DNA of 64,000 nucleotides, taken from positions 4,352,001 to 4,416,000 of the forward strand of contig OZ242320.1 in assembly GCA_965208125.1 (NCBI GenBank). Reading direction: 5' to 3'. The position numbers and the translations under genes were made by a program. Positions within the stretch are counted from its first letter, which is position 1. Each line of letters opens with the position of its first letter. This DNA comes from Candidatus Latescibacterota bacterium. Lineage in GTDB: Bacteria > Latescibacterota > UBA2968. Shown here in pieces: positions 17,102 to 27,427 of this stretch. A model generated the notes under the pieces. The model made no database searches. It was not told where the DNA came from and saw nothing but the letters and a program-made list of their open reading frames with translations.

Positions 17102-17851
17102 TCAAATTTCGGTCTTTTCCTTCAGGGAGAGAAGTTGATCGCGCAGTTCTGCGGCGCGTTCGAAGTCTTCGAGGCCCACGGCTTCGCGGATCTGGTCGCG
17201 CAGGTCCTGGGATAGGGATTTGGGGCGGTCGCGGCGAATCTCGTCTGCCCACTCCTGGAGGAAGGCAATTTCTTCGCTTTCGTCAATGAGGTCGTGCCGA
17301 TCAAATTCCCTGAAGAAGGCTCGGAGTTCGTCTATGCCTTCGTCGATTTTTGACAGTGCCATATCGTAGGCTTCGCGTTCGAGATACATCAGGACTTCAG
17401 CCCGTACGCGGTGTCCAATGACAAAGGGACGATAGTGCTCAAACGCCATGCGGTCTTCCTCGTCTTCCGCGTATTCTTTGACAAAGTCGAATAGTTCGAG
17501 GTTGCGTTCGGCGTCTTTTTTGGCGTTGAGATATTCGCCTATTTCGAGAAAGCTAATGCGGCGATGATAATATTGGAGGGCTTCCATTTGGAGTTCCATA
17601 CAGTTTTCAGAATTGAGCACAAAGTTTTCTGGACCGCGTTTTTGAGCCTGTGCTTTGTAATAGTGCAAGAGCGATTCATGCCCTTCGGGACGTTGGCCGT
17701 CGGGGCGACCGGTGACATCCATTTGTAGGATGCCCATTTCGATGCGGAGTTGAACTTTGGCGCGACCATCATTTCCTCTGATTTTGCGAACACACAATTG
17801 CCCGGGTTCACAGGGCCAGTCATCCAGAAGAGGCTGAATATCTTTACTCAT
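17102..17851 (-). CDS. Conserved protein with C-terminal UvrB/UvrC motif
   Basis: EDFERAAELRDQL; GRPDG motif. Confidence 0.8.
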   Translation of the reverse strand: MSKDIQPLLDDWPCEPGQLCVRKIRGNDGRAKVQLRIEMGILQMDVTGRPDGQRPEGHESLLHYYKAQAQKRGPENFVLNSENCMELQMEALQYYHRRISFLEIGEYLNAKKDAERNLELFDFVKEYAEDEEDRMAFEHYRPFVIGHRVRAEVLMYLEREAYDMALSKIDEGIDELRAFFREFDRHDLIDESEEIAFLQEWADEIRRDRPKSLSQDLRDQIREAVGLEDFERAAELRDQLLSLKEKTEI

Positions 17852-18029
17852 CGGTGCGTATCCTCCATTGATAAATTGTATGAGGAAAATAAGCTCGAAT
17901 GCAGTTTACGATAATCACTATATGTTGTCAAGAAATTAGCGGAAAGAAGTGAGAAGTAAGAAGAGAGAAGGAAGAGGACCACCCCCACCGCTCACCCTGT
18001 ATAACACCCCGTGGGGATTCTGTCATACT

Positions 18030-19076
18030 TCATCTCACTTCAGGTATTGACACACTCAGTTCATTTGCTGTTTCGACCGTGTTGTCCCAGGTTTCGTCTT
18101 CGATAAAGACACCTTCTGCTTCGCGTTTGACGCGTGTGTCGTGTTCGATTTCTCCCGGGAGATAGATTTTATCGACATCGGGCTGGGTGCGAGAGGACTT
18201 GATCCAGTCGCAGAGACGTCCAATTTCGTTGAGGTAGTCAGAGAGGTCGATAAAGCTGTCGATTTTGATGGCGATGGCGATATAGCCACTGCCGCCTCGC
18301 GTGGGTTGTTCCGAACTGCATCCCGCCCATGAGAGACCGCCCGCGATGGCGTCGATCATCATGCCCAGGCCATATCCCTTGTGGCCCTGAGGTCCGCCCA
18401 GGGGCAGCATTGCCACATCGCTGCCTTTGAAGCGATTGGGGTCATTCACGGGATTGCCGTCTGCATCTACGAGCCAGCCATCGGGTGTTTGTTGCCCGCG
18501 CGCGCGATACACATCGACTTTGCCACCGGCAGACATGCTGGTGGTTATGTCGAGCATGAGGGGAGGACCGTGGGGGGTGGGGGCGCTGAAGGCTATGGGA
18601 TTGGGGGGGAGGCGTCGGCTCGTGCCGCCAAAGGGGGCGGTAAAGCGTCCGCCGCCATTGAGCATGAGCAAGCCAATGCAGTTGCGTTCAGCCGCTTTGG
18701 GCGGATAATCGCCCAGGCGACCAATGTGACTGGAGCGGTGAACGGCGATGGCGCCGATGGTGTGTTCGAGGGCGCGGTCGGTAGCCATTTGCATGGCTTT
18801 GTGAGCGACGACAATGCCGATGGTGCGTTCGGCATCAATGACGGCTGAGACGGGGGTTTCTCGAATAATTTTGAGTTCATGTACGGGTTTAATGTTGCCG
18901 CTTGTGATGGCGCGGATATAGCCCGGCGTGCGAATAACACCGTGCGAATCGTGCCCGTAGAGGTTGGCATCCACGAGGTGGTCGGCTACGATGTGGGCTT
19001 GATCTTCGGGAAATCCCGCAGCGCTGTAGAGTTCGCGTTGCAGGGTTCGAAGGTGCGTTGCGTCAATAATGGGCAT
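18030..19076 (-). CDS. Ldh_2 family (malate/lactate/ureidoglycolate) oxidoreductase
   Basis: GHDSHG, SHIGRLG, NPIA, GHKGYGL, YLPGE motifs. Confidence 0.9.
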   Translation of the reverse strand: MPIIDATHLRTLQRELYSAAGFPEDQAHIVADHLVDANLYGHDSHGVIRTPGYIRAITSGNIKPVHELKIIRETPVSAVIDAERTIGIVVAHKAMQMATDRALEHTIGAIAVHRSSHIGRLGDYPPKAAERNCIGLLMLNGGGRFTAPFGGTSRRLPPNPIAFSAPTPHGPPLMLDITTSMSAGGKVDVYRARGQQTPDGWLVDADGNPVNDPNRFKGSDVAMLPLGGPQGHKGYGLGMMIDAIAGGLSWAGCSSEQPTRGGSGYIAIAIKIDSFIDLSDYLNEIGRLCDWIKSSRTQPDVDKIYLPGEIEHDTRVKREAEGVFIEDETWDNTVETANELSVSIPEVR

Positions 19077-19123
19077 ATAGTTATGTCCTTTCGAAAAGGA
19101 TGAGCGCGTGTGCCGGAATCCGT

Positions 19124-20275
19124 CTATTGGATCGCTTGACGAACCCAATCGAGCGCGGAGAGCGGCATGATGCCGTAGTTGTAAAAGGCGAATTTGGTCA
19201 CGCCTTGTTCTCGGGCCGCCTGAAGATTGGCACAGAGGGTTTCTGCATTGGGGGAGGCTGGGGGATAGGCTTGAAGTCCGACAACGAGTTGGTCTGGACT
19301 CTGGATGATAGGTAAGAGTTCTGAGACTCGCGTTCTGGTGCGTTGGGGATCAGCAGTATAAGAAAGAATTTCTACACTGTCAGCAATTTGTGCAATGGCT
19401 TTGGGGTTCGATCCCGTGATTGTTGAATCGCCCATCAAGATATAGGAGAGTGGAACATTAATGGACGCTTTGAGTTCGCGCACGAGGGATGTGACAATTT
19501 CTTCGCGCATGGCGTCAAATGCTTCGAGATAGGGTGTTGTGCGTTTGAGTTCTGTGATCGTTTCTCGAACGGGTTGACCGGTTTCAAATGCCGTGCGGAT
19601 TTTCGCGGTGACAGCGCTTTGTAGCTGGGCTATGTCGATATTGGCTTCCATCGCCTGTTTTTTGCAGCTGTCGCAGAAACAGAGCGAGAAGAGGAAGCGT
19701 CCGCCAGAGCCCAGGTCAATACCGTGTTTGGCGTGGTAGTGCAGATGGCCCCAACCGGAGTAGGCGAGAGATTCGCATTCGAGAAGGGAGATGCCATAGT
19801 TGTGAACCAGATCGCGAGAAAGCGCGATGGCAAAGGCACGCACGTCTGGATTTGCAGGGCAGAGAGCAGATGTGCTGATGTCACCTGTACAGCGGACTTC
19901 GGCACATTCGGGATGGGATTGCGCCTGATGGGAGTTGTGAAAAAAGACGGTCCATGAATTGAGATTTATACCAGCGGATGCTGCTGCTTTTGATGCTTCG
20001 CCCCACCAGTTTTCGTTTTGCATCAAAGGGCTAACATGTGGTTTGATTGCGCGGTAAAGCGATTCCTGTGGCTGAAAATAAATTGCTGCTTGTGAGACTT
20101 CGAGTGTGTTATTGGCGGGGAGATGGGGACGCAGCATGTCAAAGGTGTGGTAAGCCGATGCGAGGTTGATGGCGTCGAGTTTAACCTCTTCGCGGAGTTT
20201 GTGGAGAACGGCGTCATAACCTTCGTCGCGTAAATCCCAGGGATAAGTCCACATGGTGGCGTTGAGTGCAGGCAT
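19124..20275 (-). CDS. Conserved hypothetical TIM-barrel-like protein
   Basis: YPWD, AYH, LCPANP, FYNYG motifs. Confidence 0.6.
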   Translation of the reverse strand: MPALNATMWTYPWDLRDEGYDAVLHKLREEVKLDAINLASAYHTFDMLRPHLPANNTLEVSQAAIYFQPQESLYRAIKPHVSPLMQNENWWGEASKAAASAGINLNSWTVFFHNSHQAQSHPECAEVRCTGDISTSALCPANPDVRAFAIALSRDLVHNYGISLLECESLAYSGWGHLHYHAKHGIDLGSGGRFLFSLCFCDSCKKQAMEANIDIAQLQSAVTAKIRTAFETGQPVRETITELKRTTPYLEAFDAMREEIVTSLVRELKASINVPLSYILMGDSTITGSNPKAIAQIADSVEILSYTADPQRTRTRVSELLPIIQSPDQLVVGLQAYPPASPNAETLCANLQAAREQGVTKFAFYNYGIMPLSALDWVRQAIQ

Positions 20276-20359
20276 AGGGATGTTCCTTTCTCTGTTTAAG
20301 ACATGGTATTTTCGTTTTGAATAATTTCAAAGTGATTTTTGAAACGGGTTGAAAGAGGA

Positions 20360-20388
20360 TTGACTTTTTTCCTAAAATATGGTATAAC
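20360..20388 (+). promoter_or_regulatory. Sigma70-type promoter
   Basis: TTGACT-N17-TATAAC. Confidence 0.55.
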
Positions 20389-20421
20389 CTGTTTTGTATT
20401 CAACATTGTTTGGAGGAATGG

Positions 20422-21435
20422 ATGACAAAACTCGGATTGGGTGTGATTGGATGCGGCAATATGGGCGCGAGTCTGGCCAATGGCGCGCGGGAATTGGACT
20501 GCGCTGAGGTGGTTTGTGTCAGCGATATAGATGAAGAAAAGGGCCGGGCGCTATCTGAGAAAATGGACTGCGATTACGAGGTAGATTACCACACCATGCT
20601 GGCGCGGGAGGATGTGCAGGCTGTCATGATTGCCACGCCGCCGTTTTTGCATATTGAACCCACGACAGCAGCAGCCCGAGTGGGCGTGCATGTGTTTTGC
20701 GAGAAGCCCATGTCGCCGACGCTGGCAGGGTGTGATGCGATGATCGCCGCGTGTGAACAAGGTGGGGTTAAGTTGGGTATTGGGCTGGTATGTCGCTTTC
20801 ACCCGGTGCATCGCAAGGTGCGCGATTTGGCTCGCGGGGGCGATTTGGGAACGCCTTTGTGTTTGATGGTTCATCGCCTGGGGGGTGGTTGGGGCGGTGT
20901 GTGGTCTGCAACATGGCGGGAATCAAGAGCCAAAAGTGGCGGTACGTTGATGGAAGTGAATGCGCATGAAATCGATTTTATGCGTTTTGTGATGGGCGAT
21001 GCGGAATCGGTTTCTGCGGTGGGTGGACAGTTCGTGCAGATGGAGACGGATTTTCCAGATGTGGCACTCGTTTCCATCCGGTTTAAAAACGGTGGGGTAG
21101 GGGTATTGCATTCGAGTCAGGCAAGTGCTATTGGCGGTTATGGCGGGCGGTTGGATTGCGGCAAGGGTTCGGTGGTCTTTCCTTCGTTTTGGGGAGGTGA
21201 AGGTGGTTTGCGCTACAAGCGATACGACGGTCGTGAAACGGCGGTTGCCGCATCGGAGTTATCGCAAGATGAAAGCCCGGTGAGTCAGGAGGTCCGCGCG
21301 TTTTGCGAAGCAGTGATCAATGAGGAGGATCCACCGGTGTCTGGTGCAGATGGTCGGGCAGCTGTGGAAATTGCATTGGCTGCTTATCAGTCCATTGAAA
21401 CGGGCGAAGCGATTGCGCTTCCATTTGAGGAATGA
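20422..21435 (+). CDS. Gfo/Idh/MocA oxidoreductase
   Basis: GVIGCGNMG, HVFCEKP, GGTLME.AHEID. Confidence 0.92.
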   Translation: MTKLGLGVIGCGNMGASLANGARELDCAEVVCVSDIDEEKGRALSEKMDCDYEVDYHTMLAREDVQAVMIATPPFLHIEPTTAAARVGVHVFCEKPMSPTLAGCDAMIAACEQGGVKLGIGLVCRFHPVHRKVRDLARGGDLGTPLCLMVHRLGGGWGGVWSATWRESRAKSGGTLMEVNAHEIDFMRFVMGDAESVSAVGGQFVQMETDFPDVALVSIRFKNGGVGVLHSSQASAIGGYGGRLDCGKGSVVFPSFWGGEGGLRYKRYDGRETAVAASELSQDESPVSQEVRAFCEAVINEEDPPVSGADGRAAVEIALAAYQSIETGEAIALPFEE

Positions 21436-21441
21436 GATATC

Positions 21442-22680
21442 ATGGCACGAAAATTTGAGATTCCAGAGTTTTACAAAAGTCCGATTATTTCGCAGGTTAA
21501 AAGAGCGCGACAATTATCGGATCCCAAAAAGCGCGATTTGCAGCCCTCGGTGTTGGATTTTGGGCCTGTGCGATTTTTTTTGGCGCGGCATTTTGGGTTT
21601 TGCTTTGGTGTGGAGAATGCGATTGAAATTGCGTATAAAACCCTGGAAGCCCATTCAGATCGGCGTGTGTTTTTCCTTAGTGAGATGATTCACAATCCCA
21701 ATGTGAACGCAGATTTGCAGGATCGCGGCGTGCAGTTTATGTTTACGCCGTCCGGGGAACAGCTCATTCCGTGGGACGAGCTTGTACCCGAAGATATCGT
21801 GGTGGTGCCAGCTTTTGGTACGACTGTGGGAACGCAAGAGGAATTGGCTCGGCGGGGGATTGATCCATATCAGTATAATACCACATGTCCATTTGTCGAA
21901 AGGGTGTGGAAGCGCAGTGCCCAATTGGGCGATGGGGATTATACTGTTATCATTCACGGGAAGACCATACACGAAGAGACGCGAGCGACTTTTTCTCACG
22001 CGGTTCAAAATGCAGAGGTCGTAGCTGTACTGAATTTGAAAGAGGCGCGCATTCTATCAGATATTATTCGGGGCAAACGCGATCTCGGTGCTTTTGAACG
22101 GTATTTTAGACACAAGTGCTCACAGGGATTTGACCCCAGTATCCATTTGTCGCGCATCGGTGTGGTGAATCAGACGACGATGTTGGCTACTGAAACGCAT
22201 AAAATAGCTGAGATCATTCGGCAGGCACTCATAGATCGGTATGGAGCGGAGAATATCGACGATCATTTTGCGGATACGTCAGATACGCTTTGTTATGCTA
22301 CCAACGAGAATCAGAATGCGACATACACGCTTATTGAGCAAGGAGCAGATCTCGCTCTGGTTGTAGGGGGCTACAATTCTTCGAATACGTCGCATATTGT
22401 GGAATTGTGCGAGGAAGCCATGCCGACGTTTTTTGTGAAGGATGCCGAGGAATTGATTTCAGAACGCGAAATTCGGCACTATTGCCTCAGGTCGCACGGG
22501 GTGGAGGTTGCCGAGAATTGGTTGCCCGATAAAAGACCTGTGGATATTGCACTGACATGTGGTGCCTCGTGTCCCGATGCCGTGGTGGATGGTGTGCTGT
22601 TGCGCGTGTTGTCTTTTTTTTCCGATGTGCGGGATGTGAATGATGCGCTGGCGTTGTACAGGGCGATGGAGCCTGTGTAA
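21442..22680 (+). CDS. ispH: 4-hydroxy-3-methylbut-2-enyl diphosphate reductase
   Basis: FGFCFGV, TTCPFV, DTLCYAT, SSNT, GASCP motifs. Confidence 0.95.
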   Translation: MARKFEIPEFYKSPIISQVKRARQLSDPKKRDLQPSVLDFGPVRFFLARHFGFCFGVENAIEIAYKTLEAHSDRRVFFLSEMIHNPNVNADLQDRGVQFMFTPSGEQLIPWDELVPEDIVVVPAFGTTVGTQEELARRGIDPYQYNTTCPFVERVWKRSAQLGDGDYTVIIHGKTIHEETRATFSHAVQNAEVVAVLNLKEARILSDIIRGKRDLGAFERYFRHKCSQGFDPSIHLSRIGVVNQTTMLATETHKIAEIIRQALIDRYGAENIDDHFADTSDTLCYATNENQNATYTLIEQGADLALVVGGYNSSNTSHIVELCEEAMPTFFVKDAEELISEREIRHYCLRSHGVEVAENWLPDKRPVDIALTCGASCPDAVVDGVLLRVLSFFSDVRDVNDALALYRAMEPV

Positions 22681-22687
22681 TACGGGG

Positions 22688-23095
22688 TTACTCCTCTCCT
22701 AAGACTTCGAGAAGCCTGCGAACTTTTTCCAGTGACTCCTTTGTTTGCAAGCGTAGTAGTGCAGAAAGCACAGCTTTTCCGTCTTCAGAAGACAGTAAAA
22801 TATTCAGTTCTCTGAGTTGTTCTGTTGTGAGTGTATTAATCCGGTCACTTACAATACTACTCAGTTCGGGATCGCGCTCTTGCGGGTAAACGATAGTTGT
22901 TGTACCCAAAAGGACATCCGGCGAGACGCCCAAAGCAGTAGCAATAGCGACCAGAGTATCGGTTCGGGGCACCTTTGTCTCTGCTTCAATGCGAGATACT
23001 GTTGCCTGGTCAATATTGGCCGCATTGGCGAGGTCGAGTTGAGACCAGTCTTTTGCGTGCCGTAATTCCCTTATTTTTCGTCCAGTTACAATCAT
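22688..23095 (-). CDS. XRE family HTH transcriptional regulator
   Basis: IRELRHAKDWSQLDLA...TVSRIE...P...L..IA.ALGV. Confidence 0.9.
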   Translation of the reverse strand: MIVTGRKIRELRHAKDWSQLDLANAANIDQATVSRIEAETKVPRTDTLVAIATALGVSPDVLLGTTTIVYPQERDPELSSIVSDRINTLTTEQLRELNILLSSEDGKAVLSALLRLQTKESLEKVRRLLEVLGEE

Positions 23096-23207
23096 AAATG
23101 AAAAATAAGGTAATTTTATGGGTTTATTTATGTTCATAGGCATATATTGCGATTAAAAATATGTATTTATACATATTACACGTTTGCATTTTTGGACTGG
23201 AGCCGCT

Positions 23208-24003
23208 ATGAGAAAAATGTATTGGACAGACCTGAGGACTTCTAAAATTCAGTGTGCAAACACAGACGGTTCAGATGTCGAAGATCTCGTTGCTACTGGA
23301 TTGCGTATTCCAAATAGCATCGCCGTGGATGAGGATGAGGGGAAGATGTACTGGACGGATGCAGGGGCGTCCAAAATTCAGCGTGCAAATACAGACGGTT
23401 CAGATGTCGAAGATCTCATCACTACTGATGTGTATCTTCCAGGTGGAATGACGGTGCATAAAAAAAAAGATATATTGGACAGACGCGGCTTGGGGAGAGA
23501 CCATGGGGTGCAAAGTACAACGAGCGGACCTGGATGGCTCTCATGTCGAAACTCTCGTTTTCACCGAAATGAGTATTCCCAACGGTATCGTCCTGGATCT
23601 GGACATGGGTAAGATATACTGGACAGACTTAACTAAAATTCAACGAGCAGACCTGGATGGCTCCGATGTTGAAACTCTCGTTTTCACCGAATTACTGCCA
23701 TTAGGGATTGCCTTAGATGTAGGTGAAGAGAAGATGTACTGGACGAACTATAAGGGTGCTGGCGTGTCTAAAATTCAACGAGCGAACACAGATGGCTCCG
23801 ATGTTGAAGATCTCGTTACCGTGGGGTTGGATCGCCCGTCGGGAATTGCTCTGGATGTCGTCAAAGGGAAGATGTACTGGGGGGACTATGACAACTATGG
23901 CACGGCTAAAATTCAATGTGCAAATTTAGATGGTTCAGATGTTGAAGATCTTGTTACTACGGGATTGGATCGCCCATCGGGTATTGCACTGTGCTGCTTC
24001 TAA
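23208..24003 (+). pseudogene. LDL-receptor class B (YWTD) repeat beta-propeller, frameshifted at an A9 run (23460-23468)
   Basis: Six KMYWTD...KIQRANTDGSDVEDLV repeats over two frames; removing one A joins them. Confidence 0.8.
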
Positions 24004-24023
24004 TACCTCCACCTTTTCAAGGG

Positions 24024-24052
24024 TTGACTTTCGCTTTTGCATGCGCTATATT
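24024..24052 (+). promoter_or_regulatory. Sigma70-type promoter of the structured intergenic transcript
   Basis: TTGACT-N17-TATATT. Confidence 0.55.
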
Positions 24053-24057
24053 GGAAC

Positions 24058-24308
24058 CACACAAGAAAGGAGGTGGTCGAATGAGTGAAATGACCAGTGG
24101 AGGTGGCTGTCGTTAGGTGCGCCTCTGCCAGGAGCGGGAATAGCATCTCGAATGGTAGCGCACCTGGCAATCCAAGACAGCCATCGAGCGGTTTGTTATC
24201 TGCCATATTGGCGATTTTTTAATAGTCGCGAGGCAGAAACTTCCGTCAGACGATGCGCCGCACGGAGATGGGTCGGTTTTCCGACACCCGACGTGTGGCG
24301 CTTTTTTA
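24058..24308 (+). ncRNA. Candidate structured RNA containing an 11-codon ORF
   Basis: Several stems (TGGCTGTC/GACAGCCA, AGGTGCGC/GCGCACCT, TCTGCC/GGCAGA) and terminator GCGCCGCACG...CGTGTGGCGC-T6. Confidence 0.45.
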
Positions 24309-24320
24309 TGGGTTTCTAAC

Positions 24321-24348
24321 TTGACAAAATTGGATTATACTGTACCTT
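24321..24348 (+). promoter_or_regulatory. Putative rplM promoter
   Basis: TTGACA-N16-TACCTT. Confidence 0.45.
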
Positions 24349-24423
24349 CAAAGGCTTAAAGATTTCAAAATCAGGAGAGGAGGTGAGCGAGTTGCGCCGT
24401 AACCATGCGGCGCGATTGAGACG

Positions 24424-24855
24424 ATGATGACACCGAGTGCCAAAAAAGGTGATGTTGAACAAGTCTGGTATGTCGCCGATGCGGAAGGCAAGATACTGGG
24501 GCGATTTGCCAGTGGCGTTGCCAGAATTTTGCGCGGCAAACACAAGCCTTTTTATACCCCCCACGTCGATACGGGGGATCATGTGATTATTGTAAATGCC
24601 GAAAAAATACAGGTGAAGGGCAATAACAAAGCCCAGCAGAAGGTTTATACGAGCTATAGTGGGTATCCCGGCGGGCTTAAGAAGCAAACGCTGGAAGACG
24701 CGCTGGAAAAGCGCCCCGCATTTGTACTCGAGCACGCGATTCGGGGCATGTTGCCCCACAACAAATTGGGGCGGCAGATGATCAAAAAGGTCCGTATTTA
24801 CGCCGGGCCAGAGCACCCACACCAGGCTCAGTCTCCTGAGTCTATTGATTTATAG
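24424..24855 (+). CDS. rplM: 50S ribosomal protein L13
   Basis: [25 protein letters not shown]. Confidence 0.98.
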   Translation: MMTPSAKKGDVEQVWYVADAEGKILGRFASGVARILRGKHKPFYTPHVDTGDHVIIVNAEKIQVKGNNKAQQKVYTSYSGYPGGLKKQTLEDALEKRPAFVLEHAIRGMLPHNKLGRQMIKKVRIYAGPEHPHQAQSPESIDL

Positions 24856-24868
24856 AGGAGGTGATTAT

Positions 24869-25264
24869 TTGGCAGTTGAACCACTGAGTTCTGCTACGGG
24901 GCGTCGCAAAACATCGACGGCGCATGTAAAACTCTTTCCTGGAACAGGGGCGATTATTATCAATGGGCTTTCCGCGCTTGATTATCTCAAACGGGAGACA
25001 TTGGTGATGATTATCGAACAGCCCTTAGATGTGACCGAGACCCGAGGGACTTATGATATTGTTGCCAAAGCAAAGGGTGGCGGTTTGACCGGTCAGGCCG
25101 GTGCCGTGCGATTGGGTATTGCGCGCAGTTTGCAAAGCGTGAATACAAGCAATCACAAACCACTGCGACAGGCGGGCTTGCTCACGCGCGATCCACGCAA
25201 AGTGGAACGAAAAAAACCCGGGCAGCCCGGAGCACGCAAAAAATTTCAGTTTTCCAAGCGTTAA
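24869..25264 (+). CDS. rpsI: 30S ribosomal protein S9
   Basis: TGRRK, GGG.TGQA, LTRDPR.VERKK, QFSKR; TTG start after GGAGG. Confidence 0.98.
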   Translation: MAVEPLSSATGRRKTSTAHVKLFPGTGAIIINGLSALDYLKRETLVMIIEQPLDVTETRGTYDIVAKAKGGGLTGQAGAVRLGIARSLQSVNTSNHKPLRQAGLLTRDPRKVERKKPGQPGARKKFQFSKR

Positions 25265-25285
25265 ACCAGAGTATTTTATCTGGAT

Positions 25286-25360
25286 ATCACATGTATCCTG
25301 ATTGCTTCACGGGTGCCAGATGGCAATGGGGCAATATGAGGGATGCAGAGGACAAACCCA
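25286..25360 (+). promoter_or_regulatory. rpsB leader (t44/S2 leader-like RNA)
   Basis: CACATGTATCC...GGGTGCC...GGGATGCAGAGG..AAACCC resembles the conserved S2 leader; directly upstream of rpsB. Confidence 0.7.
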
Positions 25361-25376
25361 AAATGCAGGAGGTGAC

Positions 25377-26135
25377 ATGGCTGTTGTTTCAATGAGGCAA
25401 CTGCTCGAATCTGGCGTTCACTTCGGGCATCAAACCCGGCGGTGGAATCCAAAGATGCAGAAGTACATTTTTACAGAGCGCAATGGTATTTATATTGTTG
25501 ATTTGCAAAAGACGCAGATGCAAGTCGAAGCAGCATATCAAGCTGTGCGCAAGGCTGCTGAAACAGGCCAACCGATTCTTTTTGTCGGTACCAAAAAACA
25601 GGCCAAAGACATCATTGTAAATGCTGCGGAACGCTGCGATATGTTTTACGTCAACAACCGCTGGTTGGGGGGCATGCTGACGAATTTTCAAACGATTCGG
25701 CAGAGCATTCGCCGTCTGGACACGTTGGATAAAATGGCTGGCGATGGCACATATCAGCAGTTGACCAAAAAGGAAGTGTTGCGTTTGGAACGCGAGCGCG
25801 ATAAGTTGCAAAAATCCCTGGGCGGTATCCGCAGTATGGGGCGTTTGCCAGCACTCGTATTTGTCGTGGATACCAAAAAGGAAAAAATCGCAGTCGCCGA
25901 GGCGCGTCGCCTGGAAATTCCTCTTGTGGCAATTGTCGATACCAACTGCGATCCGGATGAAGTTGACCATCCAATTCCCGGTAATGACGATGCGATGCGG
26001 TCTATTGCGCTGATTACAAATTTGATGGCCGAGGCCGTGGTCGAGGGTACAACTGTTCGACAGGATGACGAAGAAGATGGCCCTGCGCCAGATGCGGGTC
26101 CTGAGATTACAGAAATCGATCCCAGCAATAATTGA
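25377..26135 (+). CDS. rpsB: 30S ribosomal protein S2
   Basis: [29 protein letters not shown]. Confidence 0.98.
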   Translation: MAVVSMRQLLESGVHFGHQTRRWNPKMQKYIFTERNGIYIVDLQKTQMQVEAAYQAVRKAAETGQPILFVGTKKQAKDIIVNAAERCDMFYVNNRWLGGMLTNFQTIRQSIRRLDTLDKMAGDGTYQQLTKKEVLRLERERDKLQKSLGGIRSMGRLPALVFVVDTKKEKIAVAEARRLEIPLVAIVDTNCDPDEVDHPIPGNDDAMRSIALITNLMAEAVVEGTTVRQDDEEDGPAPDAGPEITEIDPSNN

Positions 26136-26151
26136 TAAGACGGAGACTGAA

Positions 26152-26751
26152 ATGGCTATTTCTGCAAAAATGGTTCAGGAGTTGCGTGCCAGAACCAATG
26201 TGGGCATGATGGATTGTAAACGGGCGCTCGAAGAGGCCGATGGCGTCATGGATAAGGCTGTTGAGTTGTTGCGTAAACGGGGTATTGCCAAAGCTGAGAG
26301 CAGGGCGGGACGTCAGGCCAAAGAGGGAGCGATAGCGTCTTATATCCATGCGGGAAGCCAATTGGGAGTTTTACTCGAGATCAATAGCGAGACCGACTTT
26401 GTGGCGCGTACCGATGAGTTCCAGACGTTTTCAAAAGATGTGGCTATGCACATCGCCGCCTCTGCACCTCTCGTTGTGAATCGCGAAGATGTAGATGCCG
26501 AAATGCTTGAAAAGGAAAAGAATATTTATCGCGATCAGGCACTCAGCGAAGGCAAACCAGAGCACATCGTGGACCGGATTGTAGAAGGCCGCATGGAAAA
26601 ATACTACCAGGAAGTGGTTTTAATGGAGCAGGCTTTTGTCAAAGATCCGGACAAAACCATTCAGGATCTGCACTCAGATCTGGTGGCCAAGTGCGGCGAA
26701 AATATCACCATCCGCCGATTCGCCCGTTTTGTCCTGGGAGAAGAGAGTTAA
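26152..26751 (+). CDS. tsf: Elongation factor Ts (short form)
   Basis: GMMDCKRAL, NSETDFVA. Confidence 0.97.
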   Translation: MAISAKMVQELRARTNVGMMDCKRALEEADGVMDKAVELLRKRGIAKAESRAGRQAKEGAIASYIHAGSQLGVLLEINSETDFVARTDEFQTFSKDVAMHIAASAPLVVNREDVDAEMLEKEKNIYRDQALSEGKPEHIVDRIVEGRMEKYYQEVVLMEQAFVKDPDKTIQDLHSDLVAKCGENITIRRFARFVLGEES

Positions 26752-26780
26752 GCGTCTATAATGCCCAGAGGAGGTGCGCC

Positions 26781-27338
26781 GTGATTGATGAGATTATGGC
26801 CGAAGCGCGAACGGCCATGCAAAAGTCTGTGATAGCTTTACAAAACGAGATGGGTACAGTGCGAACCGGGCGTGCCAACGCGCATTTGCTGGATCAAATT
26901 CGGGTCGAGTATTACGGTACACAGGTGCCGATTAATCAAGTCGCCACGGTGGGTGTGCCAGAACCGCGTTTGATCGCGATTCAACCCTGGGACAAGTCGG
27001 CGATTCCACTGATTGAAAAGGCAATTCTGGAATCAAATTTGGGATTGACACCGGCCAATGATGGTACAATTATTCGGTTGCCCATTCCGCAGTTGACAGA
27101 AGACCGCAGGCGAGAACTGGTGCGGGTGGTGAGGCAATATGCCGAAGAAAGTCGCATTTCGGTTCGCAATACCCGTCGCGATGCCAATGAACTCATCCGC
27201 GATGCACAAAAAGAAGGCGAGATTCCCGAGGACGATGCCAGGCGCACAACAGAACGCGTGCAGGATTTGACCGACGAGTTTGTCGCAAAAATTGATGACG
27301 TGTTAGCGGAAAAAGAAGAAGAAATTATGGAGATTTGA
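26781..27338 (+). CDS. frr: Ribosome recycling factor
   Basis: RTGRA, YYG, IQPWD, LTEDRR, RNTRRD, KEEEIM. Confidence 0.97.
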   Translation: MIDEIMAEARTAMQKSVIALQNEMGTVRTGRANAHLLDQIRVEYYGTQVPINQVATVGVPEPRLIAIQPWDKSAIPLIEKAILESNLGLTPANDGTIIRLPIPQLTEDRRRELVRVVRQYAEESRISVRNTRRDANELIRDAQKEGEIPEDDARRTTERVQDLTDEFVAKIDDVLAEKEEEIMEI

Positions 27339-27362
27339 TGCGGAGCAAGATCTGCTGAATTG

Positions 27363-27394
27363 AAAAGGCCATTTCCATTGGGAGGTGGCCTTTT
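27363..27394. terminator. Bidirectional intrinsic terminator
   Basis: AAAAGGCCATTTCC-ATT-GGGAGGTGGCCTTTT between convergent genes. Confidence 0.75.
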
Positions 27395-27427
27395 GATTTT
27401 TAGGTCTGAGAAGTTCCTCCGATCCCT

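Noticed and set aside
24100-24185. Cobalamin riboswitch, 6S RNA or SRP RNA
   Set aside because: Only fragmentary resemblance; the conserved core motifs were not found
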